From the NCBI GenBank assembly GCA_002189035.1, contig NEEC01000002.1:6200001-6264000 (forward strand): a DNA stretch of 64,000 bases. Reading direction: 5' to 3'. The position numbers were made by a program, and so were the translations under genes. Origin of the DNA: Utricularia gibba. Lineage: Eukaryota > Plantae > Magnoliophyta. Shown piece by piece: positions 15,244 through 25,957 of this stretch; within the stretch, counting starts at the first letter, position 1; each line of letters starts with the position of its first letter. The notes under the pieces are model-generated. The model saw only the letters and a list, made by a program, of their open reading frames with translations, was not told where the DNA came from and did no database searches.

Positions 15244-15938
15244 ACCCTGGGTAACAATCATCAACCACCAAAGAAGGTTAGTGTATTTCATCCAACATCT
15301 GAGGAATAAAAAGTTACATTTGGGGCTGCTTTTTTTTTTTTTTTCAAGAACTAAGGCATCTCTTATATGCGTGTGTTGCACTTGTGAGCCAACAGGTTCA
15401 TCCTTTGTTTTCCCAATGCAAATATTGCAAATGTTTCCCCCTTATGAGAAATTGCCAAAGGCAGTTTATTGTCCTACTTCTCCAGCATTTTTCAATGAGT
15501 ATGAACTGATTGGGTACTGTTTCTGTTAGTGATACATGCCTTGATGCATTTGAAAATTACCTTAAAAAAAAAGTTAGTCTCAGCCGGAAGTGGCAAGGGA
15601 AAGAGAAAGAAACCATCCAAAAGATTAACTAACCACTCCTGTAACATGAAATCCCTTGAATAAAGAATTGTTATCTCTGTCAAAAAAACAATACAGACTG
15701 TTGCACTTCGCACTGTTGGCAAAGATGGATGGGTGTAAAAACCATCCAACAGGCTTTTTCTTCGATCACAAAACCTTTATTACCCCGCCTGCCGCGCTCC
15801 TCCATATGCTTCTGTGCATAGACACAGACCAGAACACTTCAATAAGGCAGCCGTCTTCATCAGGTTCATGCAAGTGACCTGAAAACTGCATCCCTCATTT
15901 GCAGTTCAGGGTGTCTTCTCTTTTCAAATAAAGCATCG

Positions 15939-18900
15939 CTATACACTAACAAGGGAACTGTTTATCAGGGTAGATTCCTTCTGGCATAAACAATCAGGCA
16001 AAGGATTCGAGTAAAAGGTGTCTTCTGATCGAAATCGATCAGCCCCCTTGGTTCCTGATGCCGGGCCTTTTCTCCTCCGAGGAGATCCCCGCCTGAATAT
16101 CAAGCAAAAAACATTAAACACTGGGTATCCCTGGTGCACCTCACGAGAATTCAGCTCACAAAGAAATATTTCAATGCTACTGTTGTTGTTCTGATATTAA
16201 CAATACCTCCTCCTGTGTAATTCATAGATACGATTTGAAAGACTTTGGTCTTCTTTAATTGCTCCTTTCTCAATATCATCGAACAGCTGAACAAGAGCCT
16301 TCCTGCAGGGTGAGAAACATAGAAAAACATAGCACACGGTATCCATGCAAGGTATGGGAAATGCTTAAAGAAATATAATCTTGCCGATCAGGGGAGATGG
16401 TAATCCGGTGTCCGAAAAACCGGCGACGACCCTCAACAGCTCTTGCCATGTTTCCGGAGTAAGTTGGAATGAATATGTCACTTTCCACTGACACAATGTA
16501 ATCAAGCGCAGCTAGTTGCGATGCATGATTTATGAAAGGTGCAAGTTGCTGGGGTGATGCCAACTTTTCCTGTAATGACAGGCCAATTAGATTGCAGGAA
16601 TGTCTTGTGCAAAAAACTCACAACACGAGGATCATCATGTGCATATTTTCCAAATGGTAAATAGGAAACAACGTTCAGATTGCCACATTGAGACAACTTC
16701 ATGGATTAGATGATGAGCAGATAAATTGGTATACAGTCGCTTTTCCAGTAAAAGAATATTCAAACAGAAGCCTAATTAGCCAAACCTTGTTGATTAATGT
16801 TGGGAACCTGGCCTGCAGATCATTCAGACGAGATTCACCTCCATATATTGCTCCAGCTGCAATGTAAATGGGTGTGTTTGACGGGAAACCAAGTGCTTTC
16901 AGAAATATTCCAACTTCCTTTGGAGTAAGTGGACAAAAACCCCTTGTTCTCTGTTCCACAGGATCAATATCCTTCACTTTCCACCATGTTGTATTCTCTC
17001 TATATGTTTTATTTGAACACCAATTAGAAGACAGATGATCTGAGAAACATACAAAATGGAGAACTGCTCAACCTGATTGTCTTCAGTTCCTCTGCTTCTT
17101 CTGGTGACAAATCATGAGTGCAACCGCTAAACGCAAGCATGTCCTTCTCAAACCTTAAGTGCAAAGCAATATAGCGACCATATGACCTCATTCGCTCAAC
17201 CAGAAACTATAGTGGGAAAGTTTGTTAATTAAATTAAAGAGAGCGGGAATAATGGAACACTGTGAAGGCAATCAAGTGATTCACTACCTTTCCCATAGCC
17301 TCAACATGAGGTGCAAACCGAAGAGCCTCATAGCATGCACGGCATCGCAACTTCTGTAAGTCTGGAGGAAGGTTATTATTGGCAAGTCGGGAATCAGTTT
17401 TCTTTGCTCTAATCACCTATGAACAACCTAGCCATCCGATCAGTCACACTTCATAACAATCACATCAAGAAATACCTGATATTTATCCCATATACCTGAT
17501 ATTTATCCCACAACATTGCTATCTCTTGTTCATAGTACGCAACATTGGACCAACTTCTGAAATACATCGAAATCAAAGCAGCCTTTGGTACCTCTTCCGG
17601 GAGCTTCTTTATAATTTTTATGTCATTGACCAAAGAATTGATAAAATGATTTTCATCAAACACGTCAGAGAACTTGCTGCAAGTTAAACACAAGAAGAAC
17701 TAGGTTTGATAAGTTTCTTTGCGCATACATAGCAGCTTTCAATGTTTTACCTCGAATCCTTCCAAAATGAGTGTTTATCTAATGAAGGTATTACAAGTGT
17801 TGCATTCAGAATACGTGCGATGGCAACCATATCACATATCTGCAAGAAAATTTATTGCATCAGCATAATGAAAAAGATTGTACCGGTAATGCTTCCGCCG
17901 CAGAAAAACTGTTAGAGGGACAGTGGGCAGTGAGCTTGGAAAAATTTGAGATGAACATATTGCAATTTCTACAAATTCCTTATTTTTAGATATGAAACCT
18001 TGGTTACACAATAGACCTGATCCTGATATGAGCTAAAAATCTCTATGCAAAAGTTGATATTATTATATAAAACGCACATAATAAGTGTTTCAAAAAATTT
18101 ATTCTATGTGCATCGGTGCACTCCATTGTGTGAGAGACAGATAGAAGATGCAAACCCCTGCTGCCATCTGATTAAGCCCACCATTGGCATTAACGATAAG
18201 ATATCCCCTAGATTCCGGAGGAGCTGAAAAAAACATCATTAGAAAAAAAAGGACGAAAAGCAAATGCATGACAGGAGATAAGCTACAATATTTAACCAAA
18301 TTTCATACAGGTATAGCTTGAACTTGGTCGTGTGCAAGGTACATAGCCTCTATCTGGCGCTGGCTTCCACAGTTTTTCAGGACTGAAACGTCGATTTTCG
18401 CCATCCATACGTGATAGCTACAGACATCGACATACACATGAACATTTTATACACAGTACCCCTTTATTCAACATAAAAACTATAGAAACAGCAACGGCAT
18501 ACACAAAAGATGCATATCTGCTTCTTTTCTATCAAAACTTTGAACAGCCGAGTACATTAATATTAGCGGAAACGACGACGTCATTAGGAGAGCACAAGTA
18601 TAAACCTTGTGGGTAGTGAGATGAACTTTCAGGGGATGCGGCGGAACAAACTCATCCATCAAGTTCACGCCACTGTGCAGTTTCTCCCGCCCAGCATCAT
18701 GATGCTAAAAAAAAGCAGAAACTCAATCAGAATGGACTTCCGAACATGAAATTGAACGACTGAACTCAAGTCAACGACATAAAAAAATCCATTTTGTTAG
18801 CTCCCCAACTCTAGCTGAAATAGTTTAAGAGAATCAATCTCAAGCGACAAAGATTACATCTTCAAACCTCGGACGAGACAACAGCAGAAGGTAATCATAT

Positions 18901-19130
18901 CCGTTTTCACTAACCCCGAAGCAGATACACCCCAATAAAGAAAAAAAGGCAAATATAGATAGAGCTCCTAAACTGACCAAAGGAAGCTTATCAGCTTCAG
19001 CTGACGCGCTGATGCCCTCGTTAACGTGCATTGAAAGAAGAGCCATGAGAGCTATCCCAGTTATCGCGCAAATCAGCAGCCGTCTCATAATCACCACCGG
19101 CCGACACCCCCGCTTCCCCGCAGCCGGCAT
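15939..19130 (-). CDS. OFUT7: O-fucosyltransferase family protein (DUF246/GT106), OFUT7-like
   Basis: N-terminal TM anchor; [94 protein letters not shown]...[12 protein letters not shown] possible extra 71-nt terminal intron (15880-15950) would alter the last residues. Confidence 0.93.
17472..17510. repeat. 19-bp direct repeat (period 20) duplicating an exon end plus 5' splice site in OFUT7
   Basis: ATACCTGATATTTATCCCA at 17472-17490 and 17492-17510. Confidence 0.9.
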
Positions 19131-19912
19131 TTCTGTCAAAATCGGAGGCTGGACGTCGACATACAACACGAGAAGGACCTTCACAAACTCTCTAGTGGTG
19201 CAAATGGGGACGGGAATCGGCGTGTACTTGTTCAGGAGGATTTCAAGCAATTAGGTAGAAGAAACTGATGGGGATGCCTTGCCTGCACCTATTAAATTAT
19301 TGTATTAATTAATATGATTAATTATTATTAATATTATTGCTCAATTTCTTTTCCAATCAACAACTCACATGGCTCATTTGCAAAAATGTCTTATACTTCA
19401 ATTCTAACAACAAATGATAGTTTTTTTTTATCATGTATGAAGAATGCAAAAGATTTGATAAATCATAATATAAGTGTAGATTTTTTATAATCGGTTTTCG
19501 AAAGATCGAATGATAATACAAATTACATTTACAATGGAATCAATATAAGATATGAATTTGACTATAATTTTTTATCGAATAAATGTCATCAAAAGTTAAA
19601 TAAACTATAAAGTTACTTTCATAGATTACAATTGGAGCTATCTAAAACAAAATCAATGATTCAAATAAATCGAATGTTTATTATTAGATTTTTTAAAAAA
19701 ATTAATTTATGAGTTATCAATAACTAGGGATGAAAAACATCAAAATACTTGATTTTATTCAACGGAATGGATCAAACCTCATAAAGATTGAAACACTATG
19801 TACCTTATTAATAATATGTTAAAATTTTTTTATTATTGTACTTTTTGAATTAAAAAAAAGAAAAAGTGTTCTTCGAAATAAGATATAATAAAAAATTGTA
19901 TTAATTAAAAGA

Positions 19913-20167
19913 GGGCCTGTTTATTGGGCCCTTCTAATGGGCCAAATTAATAACACGGCCTCGACTCTATTTATTTTTATCTTTTTTATTTAATATTTTA
20001 TTTAGAAACAAATTGAATATCAGGGTCCAATTATAGTGATAGTGTACCTAAGTATTCTATCTGCCTTCTGGGGCCAACAACATTTTATTGGGCCGTATTT
20101 AATTCACATACTAATATTTTAATTGGGCCGTATTCAATTTCTATATAATATATAATCTTATAGCCCA
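19913..20167. promoter_or_regulatory. Dense site II (TGGGCY/GGGCC) cluster upstream of OFUT7
   Basis: TGGGCC at 19925, 19938, 20089 and 20124, AGCCCA at 20162, plus GGGCC at 19913 and 20071, in very AT-rich DNA. Confidence 0.6.
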
Positions 20168-21386
20168 ATCATATTTTTATTTCATTTTCAACAAGTTACT
20201 CATATTTATTCTAATTATAATGAATTTCATGAAAACGATCGTCTTTAAAAGGTTTTTATCTATGTATCTACAATTTAAAGTTTCAAAGTTGTTCAAATTA
20301 ATTCGAAAAAATAAGATTTTTATCTAGTTTTCATATTTTACGTATCGTCATTTCTAATGTTTTCGTTAATCTGAGTCAATACTAAGAGTAAAATCAATAA
20401 CTATACGAGATTAGAAACGAAATAATTTGTGATAATTCTATAGAATATATCAAAAAATTATAATATAAAATGAGAAATAAATATTTAGTAGTTTACATTA
20501 TTTGGAAATGCCTCCCAAAAATAAAGCGTATTAACCATTTATGAATAAAGGGTAATCCGGTTGCCGGTCATGAACCACAGAATCTTTGAAAATCAAAGGT
20601 GGGGAGGAGGCATGTGGGCCGCAGGATCCAGGCGAAATCTGCGGCCAGGATCGACGTCCACGGCATGCCCCTGTCCCGCGTACCACACAACCCAAGTATT
20701 CCTGGCGCTGAGGTGTCCCAATGCCACTTATTATATTCCTTGCACACGCCTTCCCCGTGATGCATATTTATCGTACTAATTTATTTCTTAATTTCTTGAT
20801 TTTTAATAATGATTAATTAAACTATGGGTCTGTTATGTTTTCTTAATTTCTTGAAGTGATTCTGTTTAATTTATGAAAATTCTTATCTTTAACCGTTATA
20901 GGATAAAATAAAAAATTAGATTTTATGATTAATTTTAAAAATTATTAATTTTTAAAATTTATGTTTCATAGATTAAATAATAGATTAATTACGAAAATCA
21001 TATAATTTACTTTTTATCAATTCATTTATATTATAAAATTAAATTATACAATAATTTAATATATAAAACTTTATAATATATTTTATTTTATTAAATAATT
21101 TAATATAATTTTATATTATCTCATAAAATAGTTTTATGATATCAAATTTGTTCTATTCATATAATATTAAATTTGATTTTATTTTAGAAACACAGTTTCA
21201 AATTACAACAGAACACTTATATATGGAATAGGAGAATATTTTTGAATTTGTTTTTTTTTTTTATCTTTTTTAAAAAGGGAGAGGCTAATTTTCATTAAAT
21301 AATGGGATTAAAAGAAATGCCTTTTTAAATCCCCCGTCTTCGATTTCCGAAATTGGGGAAAAAGTTAATAAACCAAAAGTAACCGC

Positions 21387-21399
21387 TATAAAAACGCGT
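21387..21399 (+). promoter_or_regulatory. TATA box with adjacent CGCG box upstream of the AGP gene
   Basis: TATAAAA starting at 21387, followed directly by ACGCGT, about 60 bp upstream of ATG 21449. Confidence 0.55.
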
Positions 21400-21448
21400 T
21401 TCGCCCCCCTGTGAAATCAAGCTTCTCCCGGAAGTTTGTTCGGCGACG

Positions 21449-21951
21449 ATGGCGATTTCCTCCGTCGGAATGTTCGTAGTCATGTTTGCGCTATTTTATG
21501 GATCTATCCTCGCTCACTCTCCGGCCGCCACTCCCAAGGTTTCTCCAGTAGCCGCTCCAAGGTTTCTCCTGTCGCCGCTCCCAAGGTTTCTCCCGTCGCC
21601 GCACCCAAGGTTTCTCCCGTCGCCGCACCCAAGGTTTCTCCCGTCGTCGCACCCAAGTTTTCCCCGTCCGCCGCTCCTAAGCCAGAGCGACGGCATCATC
21701 ACCACCACCACGGCGCGGCTCCGGCACCTGCTCCTGCTGTCGTCGTAACGCCGTCACCGCGGTCTCCGTCGCCTCCCCCGGCATCCTCCTCTCCTCCGTC
21801 TCCTCCGGCTGTCGCCCCTGCGCCTCATTCGTCGTCAACCGCGGATGCGCCGGGCCCTGCTCCGGCAAGCGCAGCCAGTGGAATGATGACCGTAACCGCC
21901 ATTGCCGGATCCGCGGCCGTGGCGGTGGTGCATGTTGCTTTGATGCTTTAG
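21449..21951 (+). CDS. Classical arabinogalactan protein with basic/His-rich subdomain and GPI-anchor signal (Lys-rich AGP17/18/19-like); 1-bp frameshift at 21557-21558 as assembled
   Basis: Signal peptide MAISSVGMFVVMFALFYGSILA in one frame; PKVSPVAA repeats, KPERRHHHHHH, APAPAP, SPPP and a hydrophobic C-terminal GPI signal in the adjacent frame; one C is missing from the second repeat unit. Confidence 0.88.
21533..21675 (+). repeat. Six-copy 24-bp coding tandem repeat (PKVSPVAA)
   Basis: CCCAAGGTTTCTCC(A/T/C)GT(A/C)GCCGC(T/A) units; unit 2 is 23 bp. Confidence 0.92.
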
Positions 21952-23302
21952 ATGTCGGGTAGAGATGACGTGTCGATTTTTAATTTATTATTTTAGGTAT
22001 CGGAAATTGGGGGATGGGAATGTCCTTCACATTCCTTAAACGGGTCGGTTGACGCCCTTTGACCGTTTTATTTGAATCTATTTTAATTTTATTTATTTTA
22101 GTAATTCCCCATGGCCCACATGCAGTATTTAAATATACCTTTTTAGTACTTGAAAATATAAGAAATTACATATAATCTTGGAAATATTTTATAATCATTA
22201 TTAATATTATTATGGCATTTGATGCATCAAAATAAGGGGAAAAATGGATCTTTAATTCAATTAAGTTCCAGTTGTTTCCTCATTAAAAATCATTTTTGAA
22301 AAAGTGATTTTTTTAAAAAGTAAATTTTATGTTGATATAATTTCTTATTTGTAAAAACAAGTTTTTTATGTGCAAGTACTAATTTGACTTCAATTATATA
22401 CATATATTATTACAATTTTTTTCACAATTAATATAATAAATTCTCTTTTTCCAATTGCATTATGTGAATACTGGATTTTCTTCAAAAAGTAAAATTGAAT
22501 GATTAATTATTTTGAATTAGATAATGGATTTTGTGTGTGAAAATGATGAATTACATAAGAAGAAGTAATTATCAATCATTAAATTTGATATTGAATTTTA
22601 ACCTATTTTGAATAAGCGAATGATTATTATACTAATTTTTTTATATTAAATTTCATAATAATAACTTGCAAATATAAATTGAAATGGTATTTTGAATTAA
22701 AAAAAAGGAACTTAGAAGATGCAGTATTTTTTTAGAAAAAAACCAAAAATATTCTTTAATGTCTATGCTTTTTTAGTAAAAATTTACTTATATTTAATAA
22801 TAACAATCGCATTTTTCTATAAACAAAAACCCTCCTCCCAAAGAAAACTATTTCATTCAACATCTCAATTCACAATGAAATATGATTCCACCTCTTTTTT
22901 AGTAAGAAATGACTACAAAAGAGGTCATTCCATCCATAACAATTTTAATATTCAAAATAACAATATTCATCTAATTTTAAGTTTTAATTTTTTTTTAATA
23001 TGATTCCACTTCTTTTAAAATTTTTTTTATTGTACCTGCGTGGAGGCTGCATCTTTCTTAAAGCAAAGGACCACGACTTCACCTGAACTTCTTGGCAAAG
23101 ACAGTAGTTTAAAATCAGTAGCCAGAATCAAGAGTTTTCTCTTACAAGCAGAAGGCCACTGGTCACGAGTTTTCTAAAGGGTTTAGGATCATCACCGATC
23201 ACTTTCAGTAACAGGAACCGTGGATGAAAGATGAATGCTCTATGTGTACCTCAAGCTAAGTCAGGTAGGGGGTGGAGCTCAGGAATGCAGAGAAGTCCTC
23301 CC

Positions 23303-24889
23303 TTATCTCTTGTGCATTCTGATGGATTCAGGGGAGTTTGGTTGCAGTGGCGAAAGAGCCCGTCTTTGCAGTTCGACATCGTTGAACTCAATCTTCTTCA
23401 CCTCAGGGCTGGAAATGGCTGGGCTGGATTTACGCTTTCCCTGTTATGGTTTAAAAGGATTTGGTAGTGTTGATTGTTATATGGAGACTAAGGTGTGTGT
23501 GCTAGTTGAGTTTATACCTTTCCGGAATTAGGAGCTCCTCTGAGCCAGAGTTATGCTTTTCCCTGTGGCATTTTCTCACTAATCTCTTGATCTCCTCATG
23601 TAAGAGGCTGTTTTCTTCAAATAAAACGGCTACCTGATGAAGTATGAACATTAGCTAGAGTATCTTGAGTTTGATGCTTGAATCAAAAGAAATTGTACCT
23701 CATCTTCTGCTCTAAGGAGGTTAACTGTTAAGTTATCCTTATCCTTTTCCAGGCTCTTTACATTGGCCACCAGAGCTATGATCTCTCGAGATGAAGGCTT
23801 TAAGCTGCCATGAAATAACAATTGTGACCAGAGAGTGAAAATAAGCTACAACAAGTTTTGATATATATCCAGTCATTTGAAACAAGTGCCTTGCTGATAA
23901 CTCCAGATATAGATCTCACCTCGTCCATCTGCTTAATAATTCCTTACAAACATCAACACCTCTATGTGCTTCCAAAAAGTTATGTGCCGCTGATGTTCTT
24001 TCCTCACTGCTAGACATGGTTGTCAGTAGCGAGTCCAGAAGTATTTTTTCTTCTTGCATCCCGTGGCTAGAAACATCAAGCTGTATTCATAACATTACAA
24101 TGGTTTTAAGCCCCCAACTCCAAATGCATGCATACCTATACGCAGTAGGAGCTTTTTGTGGATGCACAGAATTTTAGAAAGACATCTGGAGAGATACTAC
24201 AGGATGCACAACAATGAACCCAAAATCTGACCCACAATAAAAGAAACCATGTTTCAGGGTTTATGGAGCTGCCACCAAATGAAACCAAGCCAGATTTAAC
24301 GTGCCAAAACTACAAGAATCAAGGGAAAGTTATAAGAGGCCACAGTACCTCTTTGTGCTCAGATTGAAACTTGTAAAACTGTAACTGTTCCTCTAATTTC
24401 TTCTTCTCCTCCTCCAAATGGTGGTTCCTAATATCAGCCTCCTTGGCCCTCTCGTCTGCCTCGTTTGCGAAATCCATCAACGCCTCGCGATCATGGTCGT
24501 ACAAAGAGCACTCCCCTTGCCATTTATTGCACTCCGCCAGTAGATTAGAGCATTCCGTGGCTAATTTCTGGTTTTCCTCCACGAATTTCTTTAAAGCCAA
24601 AGCGTTCATGCTCGCTTCAGCCTACAAGAAAAACGAAACAAAAATCAGTTCCACGTAATGAAAACCAGGTTCAATTTTCCAAAAGAAAGAAAAATACCCT
24701 AGATCGTTCAAGAACTTCTTCCTTCTCCCGGAGTTTCGATTGAAGAGAGAGGTATTGGTGCCGTAGGTTAACATTCTCCGCTTCAACAGCGTGAAATTTA
24801 AGGCACAGAGACTGTGTCGACACCCGTAGGCCCACGGTGTGATCTATCGACTCTCGAATATAATCATCAGTTTCTTGAGGAATGCCCAT
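23303..24889 (-). CDS. Plant-specific coiled-coil protein (At1g14680/At4g09060-like), 5 exons; apparent 1-bp frameshift near 23540
   Basis: PQETDDYIRESIDHTVGL, AEASMNALALKKFVEENQKLA, CSLYDHDREALMDFANEADERAKEA, NLLRAEDE-VAVLFEEN, terminal KRKSSP...ALSPLQPNSPES. Confidence 0.85.
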
Positions 24890-25957
24890 TTCAAACTATC
24901 GCTGCAACTCTCGAAACAATAGAAAGCGAAAACTTTTACAATCCCGACATCATATGTCGCAGCCGTGCCGGAACAAAAATACCTGAGCGGCCGCGGTGGC
25001 GTAATTGCAGAACTTCAAGTTCAAAGTTCGAACTCGGAGACGAAGCAGACTCCTAGCCGTTACCAGAATTTTGGAAAAGTAGGTACAGAAAAGCCCTCGA
25101 GTAGTCGATTTCCTCTGCCTCGCAGGCACACCGTATGCGAGAAATAAAACCCCGTCAGCCAATGACTCTTCCCCACGTCGCCCAACGTATCTTACAAATA
25201 AATAAATAAATATATTCATTTTTTCTCACAATATCGGATTTTTACATAGACCAGTTTTATAAGTAATACCTTCTTAAACTTAGTATATATAGGTATAGGT
25301 ACATGGATTCATCAAGATGTATCCATTTTTGTTTGTTTTTTATAAATATTTTAATTTTAATTAAAAAACAAATAAATAAAATTGAAACGATAAACGATGA
25401 TTATTAAAAATGATATACAACAACAATAATTGATGAATAATTATCAAGTAATCTAAATAAAGATGTACGAAAACATGATAAAATTAAATAAATAGAATAA
25501 GATTTTGATTAAAATAAATAAATAATTTTATTTATTATTGAAATTAAAAAAAAAACATCCACGGCATATTATTGGGCATACGCAACCACCCGGTGTGTGT
25601 GAATCACCGATTCATTTCCCAGGTTACACTAACATTTGCAACAAAAAAGGTGGTAAATTCATAAAGAAAGATGTAAGAAAAAAAAATCTGAATTTTGGAC
25701 TTCACTATGGAAATTAAATTTCAAACCAGAATAAATAAAGATTAAACACACATTTGCATTTAGAGGACAAAAGGAGCACGATCGAGACGAGGCATCGTAC
25801 TTGCAACTCATAGCTTCTACTTGGACTACGCCAGTTAGGAAAACGGAACTGCAGTGAACCAGATATCAGCATTTATCCAGCAAACACATGCCTCTGATCA
25901 CAGTTATGAAGCAGTGGAGTTCCCATATGGATTACCTGAACATGATGATCAGCTGGG

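Noticed and set aside
22719-23003. 94-aa ORF in AT-rich intergenic DNA
   Set aside because: Low-complexity Phe/Ile/Lys/Asn composition typical of chance ORFs in AT-rich sequence
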